DNA of 64,000 nt, from the NCBI GenBank assembly GCA_965228475.1, contig OZ245817.1:1856001-1920000 (forward strand). The letters run 5' to 3'. The position numbers were made by a program, and so were the translations under genes. Origin of the DNA: Myxococcota bacterium (GTDB lineage Bacteria; Myxococcota_A; UBA9160; JAFDDA01). The notes below the pieces were generated by a model that was not told the DNA's origin, made no database searches, and saw nothing but the letters and a program-made list of their open reading frames with translations. This document shows positions 1-11,100 of this stretch, piece by piece; positions within the stretch are counted from its first letter, which is position 1; each line of letters begins with the position of its first letter.

Positions 1-1
1 T

Positions 2-940
2 CGTGAGGGTTGTGTGGGTTCGGTCGATCTCGAGATCGCCAATACGAGCCCGAACCTGCCCATTTCGATCACGAACATCGCGACGCCGCACGGCGCACTT
101 CGCTTCGCCGAGTCGCTGCCGATCCGGATCGAACCCGGGGACCGCCGCAACCTGGCCTTCCACTTCAGTCCCGACGGGCCGGGTGCGCGTACGGGCGAGG
201 TCGTGATCCAGACGGACGAAGGGCGCCTTCGCCCCCTGGCGCTTCCCGTGACGGCCCAGGCTCGCGCGGCCGTCCCGCGGGCACAGGCCATCGCACCGGC
301 GCCGCTCGATCTCGTCTTCGTGCTCGACGTCTCGACCACGATGAACGAGCTGGCGGCCCTGCGCGCGGCCGTGATCCGCGTTTTCGACGTCGCCCGGGCC
401 AGCGGCCACGACGTCCGCTTCGGACTGACGACCTTCGAGAACGACGTGCGGGTCCACGGCGCCGGCCGCTTCCTCGAGCCCGAGGCGTTCCTGGCCGAGC
501 TCGACTCCCAGCTGCTGGAGGGAAGCTGGCTCCCGAACCCCGAGCTTCCGCGGCAGCTCCTGAACTTCGACTTCCAGGAGAACATCCTCGATGCGCTGGC
601 CCTCTCGGCAAGCGAGTTCGAGTTCCGGCCGGACGCACGCCACTTCTTCCTCTTGATGACGGACGACACGTTCCTCGAGCCGCCGGACCGCTTCAGCGAC
701 GGGACGCCGGTGCTGCACTCCTTCGCCGAGGTCTCGCAGGCCCTCGTGGATCGCGAGGTGAGGCTCTTCTCCGTGCACGCTCCCCAGAGCGGGCGGGGGC
801 TCTCCTCGCGGTACGAAGGCGCTCCCTCCCTGGTCGCGGCGACCGAGGGTGCCTGGTTCGAGATCGCCGACGTGGACCGGGGTGTGCTCGCCCTCGATTC
901 GCTGCTCGAGGACCTGGTCGCCGGAGACCTCTGCGACTGA
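2..940 (+). CDS. 5'-partial protein: Ig-like (ASH/choice-of-anchor D-like) domain + von Willebrand factor A domain
   Basis: Frame open from the window edge; LEIAN...IEPG...FHFSP...GEVVIQTD Ig-like pattern, then LDLVFVLDVSTTM (MIDAS DxSxT), FGLTTF and LLMTDD. Confidence 0.75.
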   Translation, partial: REGCVGSVDLEIANTSPNLPISITNIATPHGALRFAESLPIRIEPGDRRNLAFHFSPDGPGARTGEVVIQTDEGRLRPLALPVTAQARAAVPRAQAIAPAPLDLVFVLDVSTTMNELAALRAAVIRVFDVARASGHDVRFGLTTFENDVRVHGAGRFLEPEAFLAELDSQLLEGSWLPNPELPRQLLNFDFQENILDALALSASEFEFRPDARHFFLLMTDDTFLEPPDRFSDGTPVLHSFAEVSQALVDREVRLFSVHAPQSGRGLSSRYEGAPSLVAATEGAWFEIADVDRGVLALDSLLEDLVAGDLCD

Positions 941-1048
941 CCGGAGGCTCACCGCGAAGCCGGGGTCGGTTCGGTGGCAACTCCTGCGTCCGCCGGACGC
1001 ACTTCTGCAACAGTCGCCGGAAGAGTCGCGGGAGTTCGCGTTCGTAGC

Positions 1049-1074
1049 TCAAGACGGGTCTCTCGAATGCCGAT
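1049..1074 (+). promoter_or_regulatory. Putative sigma28 (FliA/WhiG)-type promoter
   Basis: TCAAG-N15-GCCGAT just upstream of ATG 1084; same spacing recurs at 33065 and 38163. Confidence 0.5.
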
Positions 1075-1083
1075 GCAGCAGGC

Positions 1084-2055
1084 ATGCAGAGCCTCCCCCC
1101 TCTCCGATCCCTCTCGCCGCTTCTCCTCGGGCTCTTCGTCCTGTCGGGAGCGGTCGCCATGGTTCGCCCGGCGGCGGCGCAGGAACTCGTGCTGCGCCCC
1201 CAGTACCTTCCGGGCGACGTCTACCGCCTCTCCCTGACGAAGCAGACCGTCACGGACGCTGCGTCGCGTAGTCACGACGGCCGCTCCTTCGAGGAGGACG
1301 TCGAGCTCGCCTACAGCGCGCGCGTCGAAGTCCTGGAGGTCGATTCGGACGGACAGCCCGTGCGCGAGCGCCACGAGCGCGTGCGTCTGACCTTCGAACG
1401 CCCGGACGGATCTGGCTCACTCTTCCGCAAGGGGACCCGGTACGAGGTCCGGCGCGGCGAAGGCGGCTCCGTCGCGCTCTTCGTTCGCGGCGCGCGCGTG
1501 GATCGGGAGATCGAGCGGGTCGTTGCACCGATCCTCGAGGGCCAGTTCGAGCACGGCCCGGGACCGGCCCTGGTCGACCCCGGACGGCCCGTCGGCATCG
1601 GCGACCGCTGGGAGCTCTCGGAGGGGCAAGCGCGCGAGATGCTCCGCCGGGAAGGCTGGCGCGCCATCTCCTTCGACGGCGCGCCGACGGCAACCCTCGT
1701 GCGCCATCCGACCGAACCCCGCATGGCGCGGCTCGTCTACCGCATTCCGCTCGACTGGGTCGAGCCGGTCCGTTCCGCCCCGAACGCCGAGACGTCGAAG
1801 TCGGGCGGGATCTTCCAGGGCACGGTCGATCTTCCTCCGGACCCGCACGGCCGTCCGCTCGCGCACGCTTCGAGTCTCGAGACGGATGTGTCCGGGCTCA
1901 TCCAGCGCCACGGCGTCACCCGCAACGTTCCCTGGCGGCTCTCCCAGTCCAAGCGCTTCGGGCAGTCCGTCGAGAGCATCGCTCGCTCACCGCGCTCGGA
2001 CGGCGCCTGGGCTGCTACGGGCCACCCGGCGAGCCCGCCCCCCGAATCGCGCTGA
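1084..2055 (+). CDS. Secreted hypothetical protein
   Basis: Hydrophobic N-terminus with AAA-Q cleavage-like site; beta-rich mature region; no family recognised. Confidence 0.65.
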   Translation: MQSLPPLRSLSPLLLGLFVLSGAVAMVRPAAAQELVLRPQYLPGDVYRLSLTKQTVTDAASRSHDGRSFEEDVELAYSARVEVLEVDSDGQPVRERHERVRLTFERPDGSGSLFRKGTRYEVRRGEGGSVALFVRGARVDREIERVVAPILEGQFEHGPGPALVDPGRPVGIGDRWELSEGQAREMLRREGWRAISFDGAPTATLVRHPTEPRMARLVYRIPLDWVEPVRSAPNAETSKSGGIFQGTVDLPPDPHGRPLAHASSLETDVSGLIQRHGVTRNVPWRLSQSKRFGQSVESIARSPRSDGAWAATGHPASPPPESR

Positions 2056-2422
2056 TCCCGGGAGGGGCGGACCGGCCTCTTCACGAAGTGCGCGCGGGCC
2101 TTCGAGTTCGCTGACCCCGTAGCCCGCGGGTCGACGCTTCTTCTTCTTCTTCGAGTCACAGAATGGCGACGAACGTGTGAGCGGCGTGGTGCACGCTGCT
2201 CGTGCATCGGATTCGTGCGCAACGGTGCCGGAACCCGCACCGAAAGCGAACGTTTCGTGCGCGATGGCGACACCCGACCGTTGCCGGCGTCACGGAACGA
2301 AGACGAATCCGTGAAGGAAGCAACAACACGGCTTCCGCCTCGCGTTCCGCGCGCGCACCCAAGATATGATCCGGCCGCTTCTTCGGAGCACGATGTTCCG
2401 CTCGTCGAGGAGAAAGCCCTGC

Positions 2423-3229
2423 ATGATGTGCTGCGGTCCCTCTGGGAGTCTGCCGTTCCTGCGATCGTTCGTCGCGCTCGTCCTGGCCGTCGCTTGGGTC
2501 GGGGTCGCGGGCTCCGCCGCGGGCGAGGCTCGCGTCGACGATTTCCGCGTGAAGGTCGAGAAGTGGGTCGAGACACGGCAGATCCTGTCGGAGGAGAAGT
2601 CCGATTGGGACGCCGAGCGCGAGCTGCTTCGCGCTTCGCGAGACCTGCTCCGTCAGCAGAAGAAAGCGCTGGCGGAAGAGGTCGCGACGCTCGAAGCGAC
2701 GATCACGGAAGCCGACCAGGAGCGCACGGATCTGTTGCTCGACCGCGGGGAGTACAAGCGGTCCACCACCGTCATGGCGGAGCGTCTGCTCGGCCTCGAG
2801 CAGGACGTGAAGGACCTCGTTCCGTGGCTCCCTGAGCCGTTGCAGGCCAAGCTCGAGCCGCTGCTGGCCCAGATCCCCGAAGACCCCGAGGCGAGTCGCG
2901 CGAGCCTCGGCCAGCGGCTGATCAACGTGCTCGGCGTGATCCTCCAGTCCGAGAAGTTCGACTCGACCGCCACGCTGAGCGGAGAGACCCGGGCCGTCCG
3001 GGAGGGCGACACGCAGAAGGTCCAGGTCCGAACGCTCTACTGGGGGCTCGGCCAGGCCGTCTACGTCGACTCCCAGGGCGAGGTGGCCGGGATCGGGAAG
3101 CCCGGTGCGGAGGGCTGGACCTTCGCGGACGAGCCGGGCCTCGCCGACGACGCCGAGCTCCTGCTCGACATCTACGAGGGCAACGTCGACGTGATTCGCT
3201 TCGTCGACGTGCCGGTGACCGTCCGATGA
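2423..3229 (+). CDS. DUF3450-family periplasmic coiled-coil protein (TtpB-like, TonB2-system associated)
   Basis: GAGGAG SD before ATG 2423 (alternative start 2366); signal peptide, long coiled coil, C-terminal YWGLGQAVY...W..; first gene before a long ExbB. Confidence 0.75.
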   Translation: MMCCGPSGSLPFLRSFVALVLAVAWVGVAGSAAGEARVDDFRVKVEKWVETRQILSEEKSDWDAERELLRASRDLLRQQKKALAEEVATLEATITEADQERTDLLLDRGEYKRSTTVMAERLLGLEQDVKDLVPWLPEPLQAKLEPLLAQIPEDPEASRASLGQRLINVLGVILQSEKFDSTATLSGETRAVREGDTQKVQVRTLYWGLGQAVYVDSQGEVAGIGKPGAEGWTFADEPGLADDAELLLDIYEGNVDVIRFVDVPVTVR

Positions 3230-4653
3230 GGCGGCCGGGAAGCGTGGCTCTGGGGTTCCGCCTGCTCGCCTTGCTCGCCGTCGGCAGTCTGCTCGCGCTG
3301 GCGCCCGAGGCGTCGGCCCAGAAGTTCAACGCGGCGCAGGCGGACGTCGACCGGAAACTCGAAGGTTCGCTCCGCGAGCTGGGCGACCTCCGGGCCAAGA
3401 TCGTGAAGGAGAAGGTCCCGCTCTCGAAGAGCGTCTCGCAGCTCGAGAACGAGGTGATCGAGCTGCGCCACGAGCGCGACCGGCTGCTCAAGATCCGCGA
3501 CAGCCGGACCCTCGATCTATCGTCGCTGCGCAAGAGCGTCGAGTCCCTGGCCGACCAGGAAGACTTCATCAACAGCCGGCTCAACGAGTTCGTGCGGGAT
3601 TTCGAGGGTCGCCTCGACATCAGCGAACTGCCGCGGTTCGAAGGCTTGACCGGCCCGGCGAAGCTCGCCGAGAGCAGCGTCAACCTCGACGGCGTGGAGA
3701 AACGCGAGACCCAGCTCGCGGTCGTGAAGGCGGCCCTGCGGCGCCTGCGGGATCAGCTCGGGGGCCACGTCTACGAGGGCGAGGCCCTGAGCCCGGACGG
3801 AGTCCTCACGAAGGGCCACTTCGTCGCGGTCGGGCCGACGGTCTTCTACGTGAGCGACGACGGCGAAGTCAGCGGGCTGGTCGAGAGCCAGCTCAACGCG
3901 GCGGATCCGGTCGTCATCGCGCTGCCGGACAGCGAGGAGGGTCTCCGCAAGATCGTCAGCGGCTCGGCCGGCTCGCTTCCGCTCGACCCCACGCTCGGCA
4001 AGGCGCTGAAGACGGAGAAGGCGGCCAAGGGGCTGCTCGACTACGTCGACGACGGCGGCGTCGTCGGCTACGTGATCCTCGGCCTCGGGCTCGCGGCGCT
4101 GGCGCTGACGCTCTTCAAGGTCTTCGAGATCCTGGGCTTCGTCGTCGCCGAGCCGCGCCAGGTGGACGGGATCCTCGAGGACCTCGAGCGCGGTGACCGT
4201 GCCGCCGCCGGAAACCGCGCGGACCGCGTGGCGGGAATCTCCGGCGAGCTGCTTGCGACCGGCGTCGAGCACGCAGGGGAGAAGCGGGGCGTTCTCGAGG
4301 AGCTGCTCTTCGAGAAGATTCTCATGGCGCGCCCGATGCTCGAGCGCTTCCTCCCGTTCCTGGCGATCACGGCCGCCGCCGCGCCGCTGCTCGGGCTGCT
4401 CGGGACCGTGATCGGCATGATCAAGACCTTCCAGCTCATCACGATCTTCGGAACGGGGGATGCGAAGAGTCTCTCCTCGGGAATCTCCGAGGCGCTCGTG
4501 ACCACGGCGCTCGGTCTGATCGTCGCCATCCCGACGCTGATCCTGCACGGCGCCCTGACCCGGATGGCGAAGCACAAGCTCGGGATGCTCGAGCAGCTCT
4601 CGGTGGCCTTCGTGAACGGTGTCTCCGGGCTGCGCCGGCAGGCCGAGCGCTAG
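3226..4653 (+). CDS. MotA/TolQ/ExbB proton-channel protein with periplasmic N-terminal coiled-coil extension (TtpC-like)
   Basis: Signal peptide; APLLGLLGTVIGMIKTF and GISEALVTTALGL motifs; ATGA overlap with upstream gene. Confidence 0.9.
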   Translation: MRRPGSVALGFRLLALLAVGSLLALAPEASAQKFNAAQADVDRKLEGSLRELGDLRAKIVKEKVPLSKSVSQLENEVIELRHERDRLLKIRDSRTLDLSSLRKSVESLADQEDFINSRLNEFVRDFEGRLDISELPRFEGLTGPAKLAESSVNLDGVEKRETQLAVVKAALRRLRDQLGGHVYEGEALSPDGVLTKGHFVAVGPTVFYVSDDGEVSGLVESQLNAADPVVIALPDSEEGLRKIVSGSAGSLPLDPTLGKALKTEKAAKGLLDYVDDGGVVGYVILGLGLAALALTLFKVFEILGFVVAEPRQVDGILEDLERGDRAAAGNRADRVAGISGELLATGVEHAGEKRGVLEELLFEKILMARPMLERFLPFLAITAAAAPLLGLLGTVIGMIKTFQLITIFGTGDAKSLSSGISEALVTTALGLIVAIPTLILHGALTRMAKHKLGMLEQLSVAFVNGVSGLRRQAER

Positions 4654-4661
4654 GCCGCGGC

Positions 4662-5243
4662 GTGACGAGGATCTTCGAGATCTGGCAGAGCGGAGGGTGG
4701 GTGATGATCCCGCTGTTCCTGCTCGCGGTCCTGCTCTACGGGCAGGCCTTCCAGCTGCTGATGTACATCCGGCGCGCACGCATCGGCGGCGAGGACGAGG
4801 CGCACTGGGGCCGCTGGGTGCGGGATCCGGAGGAAGCCGAGGGCCGGGTCGCCGAGATCATCCGTTACACCCAGGACGACGTCACGACGTCCGGCCAGAT
4901 CCGCCGGCGCTTCGACGAGGTGCGTCTCGCGATCCTGGCGCTCGTGGACCGGCGCACGCGGTTCCTCGCGAGTCTCGTGGCCGCGGCTCCGCTGATGGGA
5001 CTGCTCGGCACCGTGCTCGGGATGCTGCGCACCTTCTACAGCATCGCGACCGGCGGTGGCGGGGAGACGGCGGGCAGCGTCGCCTCCGGCATCTCCGAGG
5101 CGCTCGTCACGACCCAGACCGGGCTCACGATCGCGCTGCCCGGCCTGTTCATGGTCATGCTCATCCAGCGCCGCCGGCACGACCTCGAGGCGAAGCTCTC
5201 CCGCCTCGAGAGCCTGACGCTCAGCACCATGAGGGTCGAGTAG
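4662..5243 (+). CDS. exbB: MotA/TolQ/ExbB family protein
   Basis: APLMGLLGTVLGMLRTF, GISEALVTTQTGL. Confidence 0.9.
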   Translation: MTRIFEIWQSGGWVMIPLFLLAVLLYGQAFQLLMYIRRARIGGEDEAHWGRWVRDPEEAEGRVAEIIRYTQDDVTTSGQIRRRFDEVRLAILALVDRRTRFLASLVAAAPLMGLLGTVLGMLRTFYSIATGGGGETAGSVASGISEALVTTQTGLTIALPGLFMVMLIQRRRHDLEAKLSRLESLTLSTMRVE

Positions 5244-5245
5244 CC

Positions 5246-5647
5246 GTGCCCCGGCGAAGCATCCTCGAGGAGGACGACCCGCTCGAGATCGATCTCTCTC
5301 CGATGATCGACTGCATCTTCATCCTGTTGATCTTCTTCATCGTCGCGACGGTGTTCGTGGAGGAGCAGGGGCTGCAGGTCGCCAAGCCCGACGCGTCGGC
5401 CGCGGCGTCGACCGAAGAGACCGAGAACGTCGTCCTCCAGATCACCGCCGAGAACAAGATCCTGTTCGACGGCAAGGAGATCACGCTGGCCGACGTCGCG
5501 AACCGGGTGCGGGCCGGCGTGCGGGAGCCGGACACGCCGGTCGTCCTGCGGGCGGACGAGAAGTCGGATCACGGCCTGTTCGTGGCGGTCTGGGACGCGG
5601 CGCGGCGGGGTGGGGCGGGGCAGCTCAGCTTCACCACGACGAACTGA
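5246..5647 (+). CDS. exbD: Biopolymer transport protein ExbD (copy 1)
   Basis: GTG 5246; [19 protein letters not shown] transmembrane segment with conserved Asp; VVLRADEK. Confidence 0.9.
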   Translation: MPRRSILEEDDPLEIDLSPMIDCIFILLIFFIVATVFVEEQGLQVAKPDASAAASTEETENVVLQITAENKILFDGKEITLADVANRVRAGVREPDTPVVLRADEKSDHGLFVAVWDAARRGGAGQLSFTTTN

Positions 5648-5656
5648 GCGGGGAAG

Positions 5657-6061
5657 ATGGCGAACCGCAGCATCCTCGACGAACGCGAAGAGCCGCTCGA
5701 GATCAACCTCGCGCCGATGATCGACTGCGTCTTCATCCTGTTGATCTTCTTCATCGTCACGACGGTCTTCGTCGAGGCGCCGGGCATCGAGATCCTGAAG
5801 CCCGATGCGACGGTGGACGTCGACCTCGAGAAGAACAGCATCCTGATCGGGATCACCGAGGACAACCAGGTGATCTACGGCGGCCGCGTCCTCGGCATCG
5901 CGGGGGTCGGCGCCCGCGTGAAGGCGCTGCTCAATCGCGAAGACCTGCCCGTGATCATCCAGGCCGATTCCCGCGCGGACCACGGCGTCTTCTCCGACGT
6001 CTGGAGCGAGGTCAAGAACGCCGGCGCCAAGAAGATCAGCATCTCGACGCGGAACGACTGA
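5657..6061 (+). CDS. exbD: Biopolymer transport protein ExbD (copy 2)
   Basis: [27 protein letters not shown]. Confidence 0.9.
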   Translation: MANRSILDEREEPLEINLAPMIDCVFILLIFFIVTTVFVEAPGIEILKPDATVDVDLEKNSILIGITEDNQVIYGGRVLGIAGVGARVKALLNREDLPVIIQADSRADHGVFSDVWSEVKNAGAKKISISTRND

Positions 6062-6714
6062 TGTCGAAGCGAACCTTCAAGCTCCCCGACGCCGATTCCG
6101 AGCTGCGCGGCAGCCTGCTGGCCGGTGGCGCCTTCGCGCTCGGCCTCTTCATCCTGATGGCCCTGGCGCAGATGATGGGCGACGTCGGCAAGCCGGACGA
6201 GAGCCTCGTCGACGACCTCCAGGCCTTCCAGGTCCCGGAGATGGAGACCATCGAGGAGGAAGAGGAGCCGCCGCCCGAAGAGGAGGAGCCGCCGGAGCTC
6301 GAGGAGGAGCTCCCCGAGCTCTCCCTCGATCAGCTCGACATCACGCTGAACCCCGGCACCGGGGGCTCGCTCATGGGCGACTTCGGCATGCCCGACTTCA
6401 AGACGCTGAAGGAGATGAGCACCTCCTTCCTCGACTTCTCCCAGCTCGATCAGAACCCGCGGCCCATCGGCGTCTTCGGCTTCAACTTCCCGAGGCGCCT
6501 GCTCAAGGAGCCGGCCAACGGCCGGATCGTCCTGCTCATCAAGCTGAGCTCCGAGGGCAAGGTCCTCGACGTGGAACTCAGCTCCTCGAATCTCCCGCGC
6601 TTCAACGACTTCGTGATGAAGGAAGTGCGGGGTTGGAAGTTCACGCCGCCCACCCAGGACGGGAAGCCCGTGAACGCCGTCGCGCGGCTCCCCATCCCGA
6701 TCCGGGTCCGATAG
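6061..6714 (+). CDS. tonB: Energy transducer TonB
   Basis: N-terminal TM, Glu/Pro-rich linker EEEEEPPPEEEEPP, TonB_C domain (FP...G.IVL...G.V...WKFTPP...GKPV). Confidence 0.9.
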   Translation: MSKRTFKLPDADSELRGSLLAGGAFALGLFILMALAQMMGDVGKPDESLVDDLQAFQVPEMETIEEEEEPPPEEEEPPELEEELPELSLDQLDITLNPGTGGSLMGDFGMPDFKTLKEMSTSFLDFSQLDQNPRPIGVFGFNFPRRLLKEPANGRIVLLIKLSSEGKVLDVELSSSNLPRFNDFVMKEVRGWKFTPPTQDGKPVNAVARLPIPIRVR

Positions 6715-6744
6715 CGGGCCCGGCTCTCGAACCGCAGGAACACC

Positions 6745-8112
6745 ATGAAGCGTCTTCCCATCCTCACGTTCGTACTCGCTGCCGCCCTCGGCGTGGCACC
6801 CGTGGCCCTCGGGCAGGCGCGCCCGTGGCAGGGCGCCTCCGTCATCGACGACCCCGAATGGCAGGCGCGCTTTCTCGGGAGCTACGGATTCCTCTCCGGG
6901 GCGGAGCCGGACATCCTCGAGGACGAAGTCGAGCTCCTGCGCGAAGTGATCGAGCTGATGAAGACGGACCGCGCGGCGGCGGCGAAGCGGCTCGCCAAGG
7001 ACATCGGCCCCGACAGCAGCGCCGCGATCGATTTCGTTCTCGCGAACCTCTACTTCCAGAACGAGGCCCTCGACGACGCGGCCAAGTACTACCGCAGCGC
7101 CATCGAGAAGTTCCCGGACTACCGCCGCGCCCACAAGAACCTCGGCCTCCTGCTCGTGCAGCAGGGGGACTTCGCCGCGGCGCTCGCCCACATCTCGAGC
7201 GCCGTTGAACTCGGCGATCGGGACGGCCGCAACTACGGCCTCATGGGGTACGCCTACATCAACCAGGAGAACTACCTGGCGGCCGAGCAGGCCTACCGGA
7301 ACGCGATCCTCCAGGACCCGAAGACCAAGGATTGGCAGGTCGGGCTCGCCCGCTGCCTGCTCCAGATGGAGCGCTACAAGGAAGCCGTCTCCCTCTTCGA
7401 CAAGCTCCTGGCCGAGAACCCGAGCGACCCGACCTACTGGATGCTCCAGGCAAACGCCTATCTCGGGCTCGAACGGCCCCAGGCCGCGGCGGTGAACCTC
7501 GAGGCCGTGCGCATGATGGGGCGGGCGCAGACGAGCAGCCTCATCCTGCTCGGGGACATCTACATGACCCTCGGCGTTCCCGAGCTCGCCCGCAGCGCCT
7601 ACCTCGAGGTGATCGAGAAGGATGCGAAGGGGGCGCAGTTCAAGACGGCGTACCGGGCCTCGGACCTGTTGATCCGGACACGCTCCTTCGACGACGCAGC
7701 GACGATCCTCGCCTCCATCGACCGCCGCTACCAGGGCAAGCTCAGCGACGAGCAGGAGCTCGAGGTCCTGACGCTGAAGGCGAAGGTCGCTCGGGGGAAG
7801 GGCAACGAGAAGAAAGCCGCGCGAATCCTCGAGTCGATCGTGAAGCGGGACGGCACGCGCGGGGACGCGCTCCTCGAGCTCGCCACGTACTACCGCACGC
7901 AGGGGAACGTCGAGAAGGCCTTCTTCCTGCTCGAGCGCGCCGAGAACCTCGAGGACTTCGAGTACCAGGCGCTCCTGCACCACGCCCAGTTCAGCGTCGG
8001 CGAGAAGGACTACGCCAAGGCGGCCGAGGTGCTCCGCCGGGCGCTGCAGATCAAGACCGAGCCGCGCGTCGAGCGGTTCCTCGCCCGCGTCGAGAGCGCG
8101 GCCGGGCGCTGA
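6745..8112 (+). CDS. Periplasmic tetratricopeptide repeat protein (TtpD-like)
   Basis: Signal peptide and multiple TPR-like repeats (AAKYYRSAIEKFP.YRRAHKNLG); follows tonB. Confidence 0.85.
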   Translation: MKRLPILTFVLAAALGVAPVALGQARPWQGASVIDDPEWQARFLGSYGFLSGAEPDILEDEVELLREVIELMKTDRAAAAKRLAKDIGPDSSAAIDFVLANLYFQNEALDDAAKYYRSAIEKFPDYRRAHKNLGLLLVQQGDFAAALAHISSAVELGDRDGRNYGLMGYAYINQENYLAAEQAYRNAILQDPKTKDWQVGLARCLLQMERYKEAVSLFDKLLAENPSDPTYWMLQANAYLGLERPQAAAVNLEAVRMMGRAQTSSLILLGDIYMTLGVPELARSAYLEVIEKDAKGAQFKTAYRASDLLIRTRSFDDAATILASIDRRYQGKLSDEQELEVLTLKAKVARGKGNEKKAARILESIVKRDGTRGDALLELATYYRTQGNVEKAFFLLERAENLEDFEYQALLHHAQFSVGEKDYAKAAEVLRRALQIKTEPRVERFLARVESAAGR

Positions 8113-8143
8113 GCGCAGACGCGACGACGAAGACGCGGATCGC

Positions 8144-11100
8144 ATGAAGCTGCTGCATCGGACATGGGCTCGAAGCGGAACGGAGCGCCGGCAACCCGGC
8201 TGGCGCCTCTTGGCGGCGCTGCTCGGCCTTCTCCTGATGGCGGGGCCGAGCGTCGCGCGGGCCGAGGAAGAGACCGGCCGGGAAGGCGTTCTCGGCGGGC
8301 AGGTCTTCGACGGAGACAGCGGGGATCCGGTCCCGGGCGTGACGGTCATCCTCACCTGGCCCGAGCCCGAGGACGGCAGCGAAGCCCGGCAGGCGATCGA
8401 GACGACCGATGCCGACGGTGCCTACCGCTTCGGCTCGGTCCCCGCCGGCTACTACAGCGTGACCTTCTCGAAGACCGGCTACCGCGCCGCCAAGATGACC
8501 CGCTTCGAGGTGCTCGCCGGGGAGGTGAACCGGGCCGACTTCCCGCTCCAGCCCGCGCCCGTCGACACCGCGGACTCCGTACTCGAGCTCGAGGCCTTCG
8601 TCGTGGAGGCGGAGGTCGTCGAGGACATCCTGAACGAGCTCGAGCTGCGCATGGACTCGGACCAGCTCCTCAACGTGATGAGCGCCGAGGACTTCTCGAA
8701 GTTCGCCGCGAGCGACGTCGCCGACGCACTCAAACGGGTCTCGGGCGTCAACGTCGTCGAGGGCCAGTTCGCGATCATCCGGGGTCTCGACGATCGCTAC
8801 AACTCGACCCTCTACAACGGCGCGCCCGTCCCGAGCCCGGACCCGGACCGGCAATCCGTCCAGCTCGACCTCTTCCCCTCGGACATCGTCAGCAACCTGA
8901 TCATCTCCAAGACCTTCGCCCCGGACCTGCCGAGCAACTCCTCGGGCGGCGCCATCAACATCCTCACCCACGACTACCCGGAGCGGTTCGAGTTCAAGCT
9001 CAGCGGCGGCACGGGCTGGAACGACAACGCCGTCCCGACCTTCCTCGACTTCGTGAAGGAGTCGGCCACCGGCGTCGACAAATCCGGCCTCAGCGACACG
9101 ATCGAGAGCGACTACGGCGGCCTCCTCGGCGGCCGCTACGAGATCTTCGGCCGGGAGGTTCGGCTGAAGCTCGTCGGGAATCGCGAGACGGACTACGAGA
9201 CGGAGGAGGGGATGTTCGAGGAGCGGGAGCCGGGCGACCCTCCGGACAATCCCGATCCCTTTGGAAACTGCGCCGTGATTCCGAGATTTGTCTTCGGCGT
9301 CGGATTCGTGTGCGACGTCCCGCTTGTCGTCTTCCCATCGGACCTGAACAATGGCCTCCTAGGCCTCACAGGTGGCCGGTTCGAGCAGCAGAAGAGTCGT
9401 CGCGAGGTTCAGCTGACCGCCTACGGCGGCGCGGGCTTCGATCTCGACCGAGAGGGTGCCCACCAGATCGACGGCTCCGTTTTCTACACGCGAAAGAAAG
9501 AGGGGTCAGTCGAGCTTCGGAGCAACGGGTTCCTTCCGGGGGTCGACCTTTCGGAGCTTGACCCGACCGACATCAACAACAGCGGGGATTTCGATGATTT
9601 TGTCGCACTCCCCAAGTCCTGGGTCGCGCGGTCCATCCGGCAGTCCGTCCTCGACACCGCAGCGGATGGTCCGGTCTTCTTCACGAGTTTCTCTGAGAGC
9701 CGGGCATTCGAGCGAGAACGTGATCTTCGCGTCTATCAGGCGAACGGCGACCACGACTTCGGGCGACTCCTGGAAGGGCTTCGCGCGAGCTGGGCGTGGA
9801 ACCGCTCTGAGACGAACCAGAACGAATCTGTCTACGGATTGCGATACTTTGCGGAACCTCCGAACGCTGCCGACGTCGGTGTGACCGACCCTCCGACCGA
9901 CCCGACGCTATATCCCCTCGAATTCGACGATGTGCTCGGTCCGGGCCCCCGCTGTCAAAGCGAAACGGGCATCGAATCCACGCAGAACTGTTTCGTCGCG
10001 AACAATGGAATCCTCTTCAGCGAGACCTCGATCTTCGAAGAGCAGGACTTCTTTCGGTTCGATGGAGAGTTCGAACGGGGGCTGTTCAGCTGGCTGACCT
10101 TCTCGTTGAAGGGCGGCGCTTGGTGGGAGGAAGCCGAGCGAGACGTGCAGGCGGGCTTCCTCGAGAACGTTTCCGTCGACGGCGAGAGTAACCAGTTTGC
10201 AATCATTGCCCCGACCGAGGAGGCGCTCGGCGGGGCACCCTTCGAAGACTGTGACGATGGGAACTGCCTAGATCGCGATGAGGACGATGTGTTCCAGTTC
10301 GTCCGGAGCAACACGAACCGCTCTGAACGCGACATCTTCGCTTGGCATCTGAACGGCAAGGCGTCCTTCTTTGACCGGCTCGATCTGCTGGCGGGGCTCC
10401 GTCGGGAGCGGATCGAGATCCGTTCCTTCAACAATCCCTTCGGGGATGGCAGTGGGGCGCCCACGTTCGGGATTCCGCGGATATTCCCGAGTCGATTCAC
10501 GCTATTCGATCGTCTCGACAATCCTGATCGCCCAAACGAGGCCGACCCCCTGAACCCCTTCAACGAGGTTGACCCAATGGATCCGCGGGTGACGGACCCG
10601 GATTTCGCGTTCAATGACCAACTTCTCGGCATCCAGGTTCCCATGGTCCCCTGTCCCACTGCCGATCGGCCCGATCGGATGTGCTCCGATCTCCGGCGCG
10701 GAGATCTCGAAGGTCTGCTCAACGGCGTGATCGATGAGGCATTCATCCTGCCTTCCTACGGTGTTGCCCTTCGGCCCCTCGAGGGTCTCACGTTCCGTGG
10801 CGCCTACTCGCGAACGGTCGCGAGACCCTCGTTTCGTGAGCTCGGATACTACGTAACGGTCGAGACTGGGACCGATGACCGAACGGTCGGGAACCCGCAG
10901 GTAAAGCTCTCGCCGGTCGAGAGCTGGGACCTTCGTGGCGAGTACGTCTGGGGAGACCTTGGGGATATCGTTGCAGTCAGCCTCTTCAAGAAGAACATCG
11001 ACGAACCGATCGAGCGGATCGTCGTTCGTGATCCCCTGGTCCTGACAGGCGATGCAGAGTTTCGAACGTTCTTCAACAATCCCAATACTGCGTCTCTGCG

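Noticed and set aside
2137..2151. (CTT)5 microsatellite as a phase-variation site
   Set aside because: Short, intergenic, and not clearly within a promoter spacer
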